DNA of 64,000 nt from Candidatus Poribacteria bacterium (GCA_965197475.1 CBDANF010000003.1:1088001-1152000), one strand, 5' to 3'; shown: positions 21,053 through 31,661, numbered from the stretch's first letter. A program made the numbers and translations. Notes: generated by a model from the sequence alone, not told the origin.

Positions 21053-21724
21053 TTACTCAATGATGGTGATATTACCATCCGTATCCAGAATAATTACGCC
21101 CTCTTTGTCAAGGTCCTCAGGACGAAGAATCTCATGACTAAGATCCTTAATCTCAATCCAGTCAACATCTTGAAACCTTTCCTGTTCGCTTTCAGACATA
21201 GTGCTTACAGATGCTTCCATCAGTTCAATGAGTCCAGCAAGTGTTGCGACACCAGATTCTATCATATCTACGACCATGGTACTTGGATGAACTTCTGGTG
21301 TATTTTCAGATTGCTGTTGAAGAATTTCAGTAAAGGCATCCTTCTCAGCATCTGTTAGATTAAGATTCTCAAGCAAAATCGCAAGATATTCATCTTCAAG
21401 TTCGTCAAGAAATCCTAAGAAATCTTCAAATGATGCATCATTTGCGCCTTCAGCTTCCTTGTCAACTATCTCAGGTTTAGTCTTCTGCTGTTTAGAAGTT
21501 TCAACCTCCTCAGATGCTTCGGGCAATGTCGTTGTTCCTGGGGAAGTTTGTTCAGCAAGATTTTCTAACGACTCGTCTTTTTTTGAAGTATGTATCTGTG
21601 GTTCTCCCAAGGATTCTCTAAAACGTTGGGTATCCCACCTATTATACAGCAAAATCCCAACACATAACGCGATAGTCAAAATAACTGCCACCCCAAGGTG
21701 TTTCCAATCATATTTTACGTTCAT
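21053..21724 (-). CDS. Hypothetical acidic protein with an N-terminal TM anchor
   Basis: 223-aa ORF with AAGGAGG RBS and one hydrophobic helix. Confidence 0.65.
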   Translation of the reverse strand: MNVKYDWKHLGVAVILTIALCVGILLYNRWDTQRFRESLGEPQIHTSKKDESLENLAEQTSPGTTTLPEASEEVETSKQQKTKPEIVDKEAEGANDASFEDFLGFLDELEDEYLAILLENLNLTDAEKDAFTEILQQQSENTPEVHPSTMVVDMIESGVATLAGLIELMEASVSTMSESEQERFQDVDWIEIKDLSHEILRPEDLDKEGVIILDTDGNITIIE

Positions 21725-21793
21725 AACTTCCTCCTTAATTATTCATCTTACTTGTAGGGCATAGAAGTCAAAAGTGAAATCACTAAAATGTAA

Positions 21794-22932
21794 CGGAATA
21801 AGTCGTTTTGGACTTGACAAAAGTTGGAAAAGTGCGCTAAACCCTTGTAAATAAAGGGTTTTCATAGTATAATATCAGTAAGAAAATAGGGGGTATCAAC
21901 CCCCTATTTGAAACTCAAAAAAGCGAGTTGCTTTTCTGGTTCACACTTATCTGATATTGTATCAGAAACTATCAGAAAAATGCAACTCCAAAAAACAGGA
22001 GTGTTTTCTGATGGATTTAATCAAGGTGATGAAGACGTTCTCAATGCAAGAGGATTGCATCGAATATCTGGAGCGGCTCCGATGGAAAGAATCGCCAGAA
22101 TGCCCGCATTGTCCAAGTCTAAACGCCCGAAGGCGGAACGAACGCGAGGTTGGGCGTGTCGGACGCTGGAACTGCCACGATTGCCGTGCTACATTCAAGG
22201 TGACACACGGCACAATATTTCACGGCACGAAGATACCGCTCCAAAAGTGGTTTCTCGCTATCGCTCTCATGGCAAACGCAAAGAAAAGTTTGTCCTCCCA
22301 TCAACTTGCGCGCGATTTAGGGATGAAACAGAAAGCTGCTTGGTGTCTAATGATGGCTATACGCACAGAGATGGGAAAGGATAATGTCCTACTACAAGGG
22401 GTCATTGAAGCAGATGAAACCTATATCGGTGGTAAGCGTCGCAAAGACTATGACCGGGAGGATGGTGAACCCCGTAAACGCGGACGCGGCACCGCTAAAG
22501 ATGCCGTGCTGGGCGCAGTCGCACGTGGTGGACACGCCATCGCACAACTCGTATCCAACGCCACTGGTGAGACGATCTCCGACTTCATCAACAGATTCGT
22601 CAATACCGAAGATTCTGAACTCATTACCGATCAGTATAGAGGCTACAACGAAATCGGTAAGGAAATGAAACATGAGACACTTAACCGTAGTGAGAAATGG
22701 GAGGCTGGCGACATCCATACCAATACGATGGAAGGCTTTTGGTCTTTCGTCAAGAGGGCATGGTATGGACAACAACACCACTACTCAACAAGATACACGC
22801 CCCTGTATCTCGCAGAGGCAGGCTATAAATATAACTACCGAGAAACCAACATCTTTGAGAAGTTTCTCACCGAAAGTATAACGTGAGAAATCTGAAAAAT
22901 AAAAACTTCCAAGTCCAAAACGACTTATTGCG
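21794..22932 (+). mobile_element. Complete IS1595-family insertion sequence (1139 bp)
   Basis: 23-bp TIR CGGAATAAGTCGTTTTGGACTTG / CAAGTCCAAAACGACTTATTGCG (1 mismatch); 8-bp TSD AAATGTAA at 21786-21793 and 22933-22940. Confidence 0.95.
21957..22886 (+). CDS. IS1595-family transposase (true start may be the ATG at 22011)
   Basis: Zinc ribbon CPHC..CHDC, HTH region, EADETYIGG, ITDQYRGY, HTNTMEGFWS. Confidence 0.95.
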   Translation: MYQKLSEKCNSKKQECFLMDLIKVMKTFSMQEDCIEYLERLRWKESPECPHCPSLNARRRNEREVGRVGRWNCHDCRATFKVTHGTIFHGTKIPLQKWFLAIALMANAKKSLSSHQLARDLGMKQKAAWCLMMAIRTEMGKDNVLLQGVIEADETYIGGKRRKDYDREDGEPRKRGRGTAKDAVLGAVARGGHAIAQLVSNATGETISDFINRFVNTEDSELITDQYRGYNEIGKEMKHETLNRSEKWEAGDIHTNTMEGFWSFVKRAWYGQQHHYSTRYTPLYLAEAGYKYNYRETNIFEKFLTESIT

Positions 22933-22993
22933 AAATGTAATACTACTAAAATGTAATACTACTAAAATGTAATACTACTAAAATGTAATACTA
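22933..22993. repeat. 16-bp tandem repeat (AAATGTAATACTACTA) x3.8
   Basis: Directly visible; the first unit continues on the other side of the IS (ACTAAAATGTAA at 21782-21793). Confidence 0.9.
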
Positions 22994-23228
22994 TGGTATC
23001 CCTTAATTATTAAAGACGCAATATCCAGAGAGAAAAGTTGCATAATTAGAAACCAATAACGGATACCCAAATTTGCCAAAGAAAATCCTTGACTTTTTTT
23101 AATACTTTTGGTATTCTCTTAATACTTGGATCGCGTAGTTTGGAATGTTTGAAGTTCAAACTGTGCTCACTTAGAATTTGAAACACAATTAGGTAGAACA
23201 AAATAATTATTTTAAATGAGGTATACCC

Positions 23229-24005
23229 ATGAAATATAGGACAGTAAGTCATAGATTCTCAACCAATTTCGTTGTGTGCGTTCTTCTGTTCAGTGCTATC
23301 TTGCTGACAGGAGTCTGTTCCGCAGATGATCTTGTATTGCACCCCTCCTTTGATGACTTAAATGGAGACGTTGCAAAGGATTTGTCGAGATTCGGGAATG
23401 ATGCGACCTTTAAGGGCAACCCCGATTTGGTTGACGGTAAATTTGGGAAAGCAGCAGATTTTGATGGAAAAACATGGGCAGAAATTTCTGACCATGACAG
23501 TTTGGATATGGTTGATGGCATTACAATTGAACACTGGACAAATCTCCGACCGGCAGGCAATGAGCAAACCGGTGTTGAAAAAGGAACCACTTGGAAGGCG
23601 GGTTTGTATACGCTTGCAGCGTTCTACCGAGGCGGTTCACTCCTTCAATTTTTCGATTTACCCGATAATTGTCGTGAACATAATATTGGCGACAGTATAC
23701 AAGATGAAACTTGGCACTTTCTTGCAGGCACGTGGGATGGCACCACAATCAAGTTGCATATTGATGGTGAACTCAATAAAAAATTGGAATGTAAGGGAAA
23801 ACTTACTGGCAACAATGAACCACTTTTTATTGGCGCACGCGGGGGAAACCAACGTTTTGTCAACGGTGCCCTTGACGAAATCAAAATGTACAATTATGCC
23901 CTGACAGAAGACGAGTTGAACGAAGATATGGAAAATCCACACGCTCTGACAGTCGTACCACAGGGAAAATTGGCAACTACTTGGGCACGTCTCAAAACCA
24001 GATAA
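23229..24005 (+). CDS. Secreted LamG-like jelly-roll protein with C-terminal PxGKLATTW motif
   Basis: Signal peptide; GKFGKA, WHFLAGTWDG, LFIGAR, FVNGALDEIKMYNYAL; C-terminus VVPQGKLATTWARLKTR. Confidence 0.85.
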   Translation: MKYRTVSHRFSTNFVVCVLLFSAILLTGVCSADDLVLHPSFDDLNGDVAKDLSRFGNDATFKGNPDLVDGKFGKAADFDGKTWAEISDHDSLDMVDGITIEHWTNLRPAGNEQTGVEKGTTWKAGLYTLAAFYRGGSLLQFFDLPDNCREHNIGDSIQDETWHFLAGTWDGTTIKLHIDGELNKKLECKGKLTGNNEPLFIGARGGNQRFVNGALDEIKMYNYALTEDELNEDMENPHALTVVPQGKLATTWARLKTR

Positions 24006-24024
24006 CCGATACAGCAAAGGAAAA

Positions 24025-24639
24025 TTGATGAAGACATTAGTTTATCTATTACCACTAATTATTGTATTACAAACCTTAACGGGTTGTGCCATCCTCCCCT
24101 TTGGCAAACAGTCTAAGGATCAGGTTGACGAACAGCCTAAAGAGCAGGCTGGCAAACAGATTAAGGAACAGGTCGCAGTCGTTACAACTGAAAAAGGCAC
24201 ATTCGTGATTGAGTTCTACACCGAGTCTGCCCCTGTGGCTGTTGAAAACTTCAAAAAATTGATTAACCAGAAGTTCTACGATAGATTAACATTTCATCGA
24301 ATAGAAAACACACCCGGTTTGAATATTGTTCAGGGCGGATGTCCGAATGGTGATGGAATGGGAGGGCCCGGTTGGACGATTGTTGACGAATATATCAACC
24401 CGAATCAGCGGAAGCACCTCAGAGGAACAGTGGCAATGGCACGGTCAAGTTTGCCAAATTCATCTGGGAGCCAGTTCTACATTTGCTTAAAACCGCAGCC
24501 GCATCTTGATGGACAATATACTACCTTCGGTGGTGTTATTCAAGGGATGACTGTCGTCGATTTTTTAGAGATAGACGATGTCATCACTACAATCCGATTG
24601 GAGGTGAAGTCAAAGTATGTTAAGGCAACAGAAGATTAA
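24025..24639 (+). CDS. Cyclophilin-type peptidyl-prolyl isomerase, lipoprotein
   Basis: Lipobox LTGC; FYDRLTFHR, VQGG, RGTVAMAR, SGSQFYI, HLDGQYTTFG. Confidence 0.9.
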   Translation: MMKTLVYLLPLIIVLQTLTGCAILPFGKQSKDQVDEQPKEQAGKQIKEQVAVVTTEKGTFVIEFYTESAPVAVENFKKLINQKFYDRLTFHRIENTPGLNIVQGGCPNGDGMGGPGWTIVDEYINPNQRKHLRGTVAMARSSLPNSSGSQFYICLKPQPHLDGQYTTFGGVIQGMTVVDFLEIDDVITTIRLEVKSKYVKATED

Positions 24640-25276
24640 CCAATTCCCGATCGCACTCTTGGTATTAGCATATCTGTTCGTGATTTTCTTGTCCGGTTGT
24701 CCCCAGCAAGATCAGAAGTCATCGGAGTCCAGCACACAACAGACGGACACTGGTGATACAGAAACAGAAGCCAAACAAGAAGATGCCGAAACAGTTATCA
24801 AACAAGCACCGGATACTGAGAAAACAGAGCCGGAAGCCAAACCTGAGATAGATCCAGCGAACGCAATCGCTGTTATTCAAACAGCGAAAGGCAACCTTGA
24901 ATTTGAATTTTATGCATCTGATGCACCACAATCCTCGAAAAACTTCATCAAAAACGCGAACATGGGTTATTACAGAAATGAGCCCTTCCATCGTGTTGAG
25001 GAACTCGTTATACAAGCAGGTTCAAGTTTTGCTGATGACACGCTTCCCATTGAAAAAAGTGAGAATCCCCTTGTAAAAGGTGTCGTGCTACTGGCAAAGG
25101 AACCAGGTGCAAGTGTTTCTGATGGAGACGAATTCTTTATCTGTAAGGACGCTATTGCATTAGATGAAGACTACACAACCCTCGGCAAAGTTATCAAAGG
25201 TTTAGATGTTTTAGATAGTATTGAAAAGGGTGATAAAATCGTGAATATTACAATTCGCGAACGCAACAAAGAGTAA
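24617..25276 (+). CDS. Divergent cyclophilin-like lipoprotein
   Basis: Lipobox LSGC; FHRV..VIQAG, DEFFIC, LDEDYTTLGKV. Confidence 0.75.
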   Translation: MLRQQKINQFPIALLVLAYLFVIFLSGCPQQDQKSSESSTQQTDTGDTETEAKQEDAETVIKQAPDTEKTEPEAKPEIDPANAIAVIQTAKGNLEFEFYASDAPQSSKNFIKNANMGYYRNEPFHRVEELVIQAGSSFADDTLPIEKSENPLVKGVVLLAKEPGASVSDGDEFFICKDAIALDEDYTTLGKVIKGLDVLDSIEKGDKIVNITIRERNKE

Positions 25277-25340
25277 GAAATTGGGCGGTCCCGCAGTAAA
25301 TGTCGAGATCGCCTATTTCAAAGGGCGAAAGGAAAATTGA

Positions 25341-25709
25341 ATGGCGTTATCAGTTGTTCGGACAGCACGTCCGAGTCCAGTGTGGCAAGAAAGTTATGTA
25401 CGCGTGAAAAAAGGGCAACGTCTCGTAATTGATGCTGATGGTGCATGGTCCCCTGACCTACAAAATCGAACCGGGTGGTGCGGTGCCGACGGTGTCGCTA
25501 AAACACCAGCCGGAGACAGTTACCTGCTTCCCGGCACCAACATCGGTGCGCTCATCGCAAAAATTGGGAGTGCCGTTTTTGCCGTTGGGTCACGCTACGA
25601 TAATCCTGCTCCTGCTGACGGTGTTATTTTTCTCGCTATGAACGAAAATCCTAACAACAACAACCAAGCAGGAAGTTTACTCACACAGATTATTATCTGT
25701 GATGAATAA
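25341..25709 (+). CDS. LecA/PA-IL-like lectin-fold protein
   Basis: ADGAWS, CGADG, GALIAKIG, FLAMNE...NQAGSL pattern resembles the PA-IL family. Confidence 0.55.
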   Translation: MALSVVRTARPSPVWQESYVRVKKGQRLVIDADGAWSPDLQNRTGWCGADGVAKTPAGDSYLLPGTNIGALIAKIGSAVFAVGSRYDNPAPADGVIFLAMNENPNNNNQAGSLLTQIIICDE

Positions 25710-25794
25710 TTTTGTTTGATCTATACAAAAAATTTCCATAAAACTTCCGATACGTATCTCATCGGAATCACTGCGTCAAATCAGGAGAAGTTAA

Positions 25795-26181
25795 ATGGAA
25801 GAAAACATCACACAAGAAGATGTTCAACTCCCACCAGTTGATTTTATATCCTTTATTACTGACCTCATCACAACTGCACATCTCTACCTTCAAGGGTTCC
25901 GCGATCCGGAAACTGAGAAAGTTATTGTCAATCTCAGCTTAGCAAAACGAATCGTTGACACTTTAGAGATGTTAGAAGAAAAAACAAAAGGAAACCTAAG
26001 TGCCCCAGAATCTAATTTTTTAGCAAATTCTCTCTATGATTTGAGAATGGGGTATGTCCGCGCTGTCAATAGCCAAAAGGATGCGTCTGAACAGGAAGAA
26101 GCGAAGGATGCCCCTGAACAAGATGCCCCGAACGAGGACAACACTTCAACCGAAACAGAAGAAACAAACAGTAATTCCTGA
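25795..26181 (+). CDS. DUF1844-family protein
   Basis: AKRIVDTLEMLEEKTKGNLS..E..FL...LYDLRM. Confidence 0.85.
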   Translation: MEENITQEDVQLPPVDFISFITDLITTAHLYLQGFRDPETEKVIVNLSLAKRIVDTLEMLEEKTKGNLSAPESNFLANSLYDLRMGYVRAVNSQKDASEQEEAKDAPEQDAPNEDNTSTETEETNSNS

Positions 26182-26256
26182 TCAATTAGTTTCATCAGAC
26201 CTTAAACCGAAGTCTTTGTTAAACTTGCCGCAAAGACTACACCACAACGGAGGATA

Positions 26257-27276
26257 ATGAATTATCAACGCAAGATCATTATCGCGTTCTCACTGTTGTT
26301 TGGGCTCATCATCATAGGAACTATCGGTTATTCAGTACTTGAAAAGGACAATCCTAACCAAGAATGGCAGCTGCTTGACGCTATTTGGATGACCGTAATT
26401 ACGTTAACAACAGTCGGTTATGGCGATATGGAAATAAGTGATGCCGGACGCGTCTTCACCCTGTTTCTACTCATCGGCGGGATTGGCATGTATATTTACA
26501 GCATTACCATCGCAACAGCCTTTCTTGTTGAAGGACAATTGCTGAGTTTTTTTAAACATAGAAAAATGACAAAAGATGTAGAAAAATTATCTAACCATTA
26601 TATTGTCTGTGGAATCGGAGACACTGGCATTCATGTGCTTGAAGAAATGCTCAATGCAGAAGCCAGTTTTGTCGGTATTGAAATGGATGAGGAGCGTTTG
26701 GAACACCTCGCTGAAACCCACGATTTCTTATACCTGCACGGCGATGCAACTGATGACGATGTCCTCATCCGCGCAGGTATTGAACGCGCGAAGGGGCTCG
26801 TTGCATGTCTCAGCCGCGACCAGGATAACTTGTTTGTCGTCATTTCTGCCAAGAAACTCAACCCAAATTTGCGGGTCGCTTCCAAAGCAGTAGAAAATAA
26901 TTCCCCCGCCAAACTTGAGACCGCGGGGGCAGATGAGGTTGTTTTGCCGGACCATATCGGCGGCATACGACTTGCATCCGGCATACTTGAGCCGCATCTA
27001 CTGGATTTTTTTGGTAAGATGCAGGAGAACCGACAAACTACGCGGTTCGCGGAATCAATTATCCAACCTGACTCTAAACTTGATGGGATTACTATAGAAG
27101 ACGCACGCATAAAGGAGGAGACAGGGTTAGTTGTCATCGCAATTCGCAGCAAAGACGGAACATATATCTACAACCCTGATGGAAATTGGCGAATCGTCGC
27201 GGGTGATGCCCTATTTGTAATATCCGACCCGAGGCAACTGCAAACACTCCATAGACTTACCGAGGATACACGTTAG
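26257..27276 (+). CDS. Potassium channel protein with RCK (TrkA-N/TrkA-C) domains
   Basis: Selectivity filter TTVGYGD; HYIVCGIG; GDATDDDVL..AGIERA. Confidence 0.92.
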   Translation: MNYQRKIIIAFSLLFGLIIIGTIGYSVLEKDNPNQEWQLLDAIWMTVITLTTVGYGDMEISDAGRVFTLFLLIGGIGMYIYSITIATAFLVEGQLLSFFKHRKMTKDVEKLSNHYIVCGIGDTGIHVLEEMLNAEASFVGIEMDEERLEHLAETHDFLYLHGDATDDDVLIRAGIERAKGLVACLSRDQDNLFVVISAKKLNPNLRVASKAVENNSPAKLETAGADEVVLPDHIGGIRLASGILEPHLLDFFGKMQENRQTTRFAESIIQPDSKLDGITIEDARIKEETGLVVIAIRSKDGTYIYNPDGNWRIVAGDALFVISDPRQLQTLHRLTEDTR

Positions 27277-27296
27277 GAAAAAGATAGATTGAAATG

Positions 27297-27519
27297 GTAG
27301 GCGCGCTTTGTCCGCGCGCCGATCAACGGTGTATTGTTAATTGTAAATCTACTATAATTAACCTAAGTTGCTACTAACAAGTTTTGGACGTTTCAAGAAG
27401 GTTTTTCAGACTCTTCTTCACTCCGTAGGGGTGATATGTTTATAGAAAACGGTATATTTAAGCAACCGCACCCTGTAGGGGTGCTATATCTATAGATAGG
27501 TGGCAACTTGGATTATAAT
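27297..27519. repeat. Cluster of GTAG REP / MITE sequences
   Basis: GTAGGCGCGCTTTGTCCGCGCGCC REP-MITE followed by an element with imperfect TIR (CTAAGTTGCTACTA / TAGGTGGCAACTTGG) containing two direct GTAGGGGTG copies. Confidence 0.55.
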
Positions 27520-27577
27520 TACTGGAATACCACTTGGATTAACGAACCTGAGTGGATTTGAGAAGGAAAACAACCGT

Positions 27578-29116
27578 ATGCTCGCAACTGTCCTCAGCAG
27601 TGCAGTGCTTGGCATTGATGCTTATATTGTCAAAGTAGAGGTAGATGTCGCGGATGGGCTCCCCGCGTTCAGCACTGTCGGTTTACCGGACAGTGCCATC
27701 AAGGAGAGCAGAGATCGGGTGACAGCGGCAATAAAAAACTCCGGTTTCTATTTCCCACCGAGCCGAATTACCGCCAATTTAGCACCCGCTGATATCCGCA
27801 AAACGGGTTCAGCGTTCGATCTTCCCATCGCCATTGGTGTGATGGCCGCTACGAATCAGGTAGATATCAATAGCCTCGAAAGCACTATGGTATTGGGTGA
27901 ACTTGCACTTGATGGAAACATTCGAAGCATACAGGGTGGACTTCCTATTGCCATTGCAGCAAAACAGAATGGGGTGCGGAATCTTATCCTACCTGCTGAA
28001 AACGCTAAAGAGGCAGCAATTATTGAAGAGTTGAACGTTTATCCTGTTCAAAGTCTATCAGAAGCTGCCGCATTCCTGAATTCTGCTAAGGATATAGCCC
28101 CAGAACCTCCAACACTTAGCAACACAGTAGAACAAGAAGACACTACATCCTATCTTGATTTAATTGATGTTAAAGGACAGGAGCATGTGAAACGCGCTGT
28201 TGAGGTGGCAGCAGCTGGTGGGCATAATCTAATTATGATTGGTCCACCCGGTTCCGGTAAAACAATGATTGCCAAACGAATTTCTTCAATCTTGCCGGGG
28301 TTGTCTGTAGATGAATCTTTGGAAACGACAAAGATTCAGAGTATTGTCGGCATTCTACCGAGTGATACCCCGTTGGTAAGGACTCGCCCGTTTCGTTCTC
28401 CGCATCACACGATTTCTGATGCGGGATTGATCGGCGGTGGCAATGTACCACGCCCCGGAGAGGTGAGTCTCTCACACAACGGGGTTCTCTTCCTTGACGA
28501 ACTCCCAGAATTTCGTAGAAATGTTCTTGAAGTCATGCGTCAGCCGTTAGAGGATGGTCAGGTGACGATCTCACGTGCTGCGGCATCTCTCACCTATCCA
28601 GCGAATTTTATGTTAGTGGCAGCGATGAACCCTTGCCCATGCGGCTTCTTCAGCGACCCAAATCGCGAGTGTAAATGTTCCCCAAATCAGATTCAAACGT
28701 ACGTATCCCGCATTTCTGGACCGTTGTTAGACAGAATTGATATCCAAGTTGAGGTTCCCGCTGTGAAATATGCCGAGCTTTCAGCAGAAGTATCAGGTGA
28801 ACCGTCAGCAATTGTCCGTGAACGGGTGGAAGCAGCACGCCGAATACAGCATCAACGTTTTGATGGTATTACAATACACGCTAACGCCAATATGGAATCC
28901 AAGCAGATACGAGAATATTGTAAGATTGAATCGCAAGCACAAGACCTGCTCCGCATCGCTATCAATCAGTTAGGATTGAGCGCAAGAGCTTATGACCGCA
29001 TTTTGAAAGTATCACGTACCATTGCTGATTTGGAAGAAAATCCAAATATAGAAGCGAGACATGTCTCTGAGGCAATACAATATCGGAGTTTAGACCGAAG
29101 TTTCTGGAAAAAGTAA
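27578..29116 (+). CDS. comM: YifB/ComM Mg-chelatase-related AAA+ ATPase
   Basis: [67 protein letters not shown]. Confidence 0.93.
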   Translation: MLATVLSSAVLGIDAYIVKVEVDVADGLPAFSTVGLPDSAIKESRDRVTAAIKNSGFYFPPSRITANLAPADIRKTGSAFDLPIAIGVMAATNQVDINSLESTMVLGELALDGNIRSIQGGLPIAIAAKQNGVRNLILPAENAKEAAIIEELNVYPVQSLSEAAAFLNSAKDIAPEPPTLSNTVEQEDTTSYLDLIDVKGQEHVKRAVEVAAAGGHNLIMIGPPGSGKTMIAKRISSILPGLSVDESLETTKIQSIVGILPSDTPLVRTRPFRSPHHTISDAGLIGGGNVPRPGEVSLSHNGVLFLDELPEFRRNVLEVMRQPLEDGQVTISRAAASLTYPANFMLVAAMNPCPCGFFSDPNRECKCSPNQIQTYVSRISGPLLDRIDIQVEVPAVKYAELSAEVSGEPSAIVRERVEAARRIQHQRFDGITIHANANMESKQIREYCKIESQAQDLLRIAINQLGLSARAYDRILKVSRTIADLEENPNIEARHVSEAIQYRSLDRSFWKK

Positions 29117-29153
29117 TCGTAATGATAGTGAAATCAAAATTTATGGACCCGCT

Positions 29154-29182
29154 AGTAGGCGCGGTTTGAAACCGCGCCTACT
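29154..29182. repeat. Perfect GTAG REP palindrome
   Basis: AGTAGGCGCGGTT-TGA-AACCGCGCCTACT. Confidence 0.75.
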
Positions 29183-29210
29183 TGGTATTTCTATAAAATG
29201 AGGAGGATAA

Positions 29211-30572
29211 ATGCAAACCAATTTTATCATTTTTCTAACAGACGACCAAGGCTACGGTGACCTATCCTGCATGGGTGCTACAGATTTCAAAACACCACAT
29301 CTGGATAGAATGGCATCTGAAGGTATCCTTTTTAAAAATTGGTACTCCAACTCACCTGTCTGTTCACCTTCTCGTGCTGCGTTATTAACAGGACGGTATC
29401 CTTGCCATGCAGGGGTTCGTTCCATTTTAGCTGGACACCGTACTGCTACAGGATTACCACCTTCTGTTCCAACGATTGCAACTGCCCTGAAGGAACTCGG
29501 TTATTACACTGCAATGTCTGGGAAATGGCATCTTGGGCTTGCAGAGGGTTCACGACCAGAAGATCACGGATTTGATGACTGGTTCGGATTTTTGGCGGGA
29601 TGTATTGATTTCTATTCTCATATCTTCTATTGGGCATTGGGGCGACCAGATTTCGACCAAACCCATGACCTTTGGGAAAACGGTGAGGAAGTATACCGAA
29701 ACGGTGAATACTTTACAGAGTTAATAACGGAATATGCAGTGAGATATATTCGAAAATCGGTTGCGCTTGGTAAGCCATTTTTCCTCTATGTGCCTTACAA
29801 TGCACCACATTACCCAATGCATGCCCCACAGAAATATGTAGACAGATTTCCAAATCTGCCTTGGGATAGACAAATTATGGCAGCAATGTTGAGTGCAGTT
29901 GATGATAGTGTAGGTGAGATATTCGCTGAACTTGAACAACTCGGTGTCGCTGAAAATACCTTCTCCCATTTCCAGAGTGATAACGGGCCTTCACGCGAAA
30001 CGCGAAATTGGTTAGATGGAACACAAGACCCATATTATGGCGGAAGTGCAGGTAAACTCAAAGGACACAAGTTTAGTCTATATGAAGGTGGTATCCGTTC
30101 ACCAGGGATTATGAAGTGGCCTAAAGAAATTCCTCCCGGAAACGTATTAAGTCTAATAAATCTAGTGGGTACTGGAATGGATGTTTTTCCGACTTTTCTA
30201 TCCGCTGCCGATGGGGATCTATCCAATTATGAACTTGATGGACTCGATTTAATACCTGTGGTATGTGATGGGCAATTCTCTCCGCACACTGATATTTTTT
30301 GGGAGATGGGAGACCAAACTGCTATGCGTCGTGGTAATTGGAAATTGGTACTCAACGGTAGATTAGTAGAAGGGGCACCACCCGAAGACGATGTTCACCT
30401 TGCTAACCTTGAAACCGACATGGGGGAAACAACCAATTTGAAAGACGAACATCCTGAACTCACCGCTGAACTAACAGAAGCAGCACAAACATGGCGACAA
30501 GGTATTGAAGAACATTGGGAAGCGCATAAAGAAGAACGAAACGGAATGACCGGCTATGTCAAAGGGCAGTAA
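29211..30572 (+). CDS. Sulfatase (Cys-type)
   Basis: DDQGYGD, CSPSRAALLTG, GKWHLG, SDNG, KFSLYEGGIR. Confidence 0.95.
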   Translation: MQTNFIIFLTDDQGYGDLSCMGATDFKTPHLDRMASEGILFKNWYSNSPVCSPSRAALLTGRYPCHAGVRSILAGHRTATGLPPSVPTIATALKELGYYTAMSGKWHLGLAEGSRPEDHGFDDWFGFLAGCIDFYSHIFYWALGRPDFDQTHDLWENGEEVYRNGEYFTELITEYAVRYIRKSVALGKPFFLYVPYNAPHYPMHAPQKYVDRFPNLPWDRQIMAAMLSAVDDSVGEIFAELEQLGVAENTFSHFQSDNGPSRETRNWLDGTQDPYYGGSAGKLKGHKFSLYEGGIRSPGIMKWPKEIPPGNVLSLINLVGTGMDVFPTFLSAADGDLSNYELDGLDLIPVVCDGQFSPHTDIFWEMGDQTAMRRGNWKLVLNGRLVEGAPPEDDVHLANLETDMGETTNLKDEHPELTAELTEAAQTWRQGIEEHWEAHKEERNGMTGYVKGQ

Positions 30573-30683
30573 CGTGCTATCGGAATTGGAAGAAATTCTC
30601 GTGGGGACAAGTTGGACAATTGAACGTTATATTGATTCTGACAAGCCCACTTATGTTGCAATTTTGAAAAAACGAGTGATGTA

Positions 30684-31583
30684 ATGACACCCTTCAAGTT
30701 TGCCTTTATCACGGACACGCACCTCTATCCAAATGCTACGCAAAACTTTGCAGGTGGATTACAGAAGCAGAAAAATAGTCTTGCGCTATATGAAAAGTTG
30801 ATTGAACAACTGAACGCGTTTGACCCTGCATTTGTAATTCATGGTGGAGATATTGTATGCGGCGGAAAGAATTTTGATATGTCTGCTGAGGAATATGAAG
30901 CAGCACTGCATACCGCTCAACTACTGGGTGAAGGTTTAAATGCACCTTGCTACTACATTCCCGGTAACCATGATCTTGACCCTGAAACAGGTTCTAAAAC
31001 CTCTTATTTGGAACGTTTCGGCATAAATGGGATGGGGTCTACCAGTTTCGTCAAGGAAAACATACGGTTTATTCTGCTTGATGCACAAGAAGTTCCAGAA
31101 GATCTGACGCACGGGTATATCAGCACGAATCAACTTGCATGGGTAGAACGTGAATTAAAAAAAGCCGCGGATTATGGTGACGAGATATTCTTTTTTTCGC
31201 ACCAACTCCCCTTTCCAAATGTTGAATTTCAGGGTATGGGTTCAAGAATTGCAAACTCAGCAGAGATACTTGAAATCGTTGCTCCGTTTGAGAAACAGAT
31301 TTTAGGTTTCTTTTGTGGACACCAACACCTCAATCGTGTCTTTAGAGAACAAGGGATGTTGTGTATCATCACAGCTGGCATTATATGCTACCCAATGATG
31401 TGGCGGCAGGTTCATGTGTTTCCTGATAGAATTGAGGTAAAATCTATTCCCGTTGACCTGCCCGAAGTGCTTGCCGAATCCGAAGCGGTTAATCCGGATA
31501 ACAATCTATATCTGTCTGGCCGTCCCAGAGATCGGGAATTTACTATACAACGGAGAAGTGAGGAGGTTGTTGGTAAATGGTGA
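30684..31583 (+). CDS. Calcineurin-like metallophosphoesterase
   Basis: TDTH, GGD, PGNHD, SHQ, CGHQH. Confidence 0.9.
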   Translation: MTPFKFAFITDTHLYPNATQNFAGGLQKQKNSLALYEKLIEQLNAFDPAFVIHGGDIVCGGKNFDMSAEEYEAALHTAQLLGEGLNAPCYYIPGNHDLDPETGSKTSYLERFGINGMGSTSFVKENIRFILLDAQEVPEDLTHGYISTNQLAWVERELKKAADYGDEIFFFSHQLPFPNVEFQGMGSRIANSAEILEIVAPFEKQILGFFCGHQHLNRVFREQGMLCIITAGIICYPMMWRQVHVFPDRIEVKSIPVDLPEVLAESEAVNPDNNLYLSGRPRDREFTIQRRSEEVVGKW

Positions 31584-31661
31584 TTGTTTTATGGATTAAG
31601 AAGTCAGGCTTAAGAATATATTTTTCAACTGATAACCGATTACCAACACTCAATAAACAAG

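Noticed and set aside
22933-22993. Possible CRISPR array
   Set aside because: The 16-bp units are head-to-tail with no spacers, and there are no cas genes in the window.
25283-25335. Hairpin before the lectin-like gene as a riboswitch
   Set aside because: It is too short and matches no aptamer consensus I recognise.
27500-27577. N-terminal extension of ComM
   Set aside because: It begins within a REP/MITE, and the family-typical start with RBS is the ATG at 27578.
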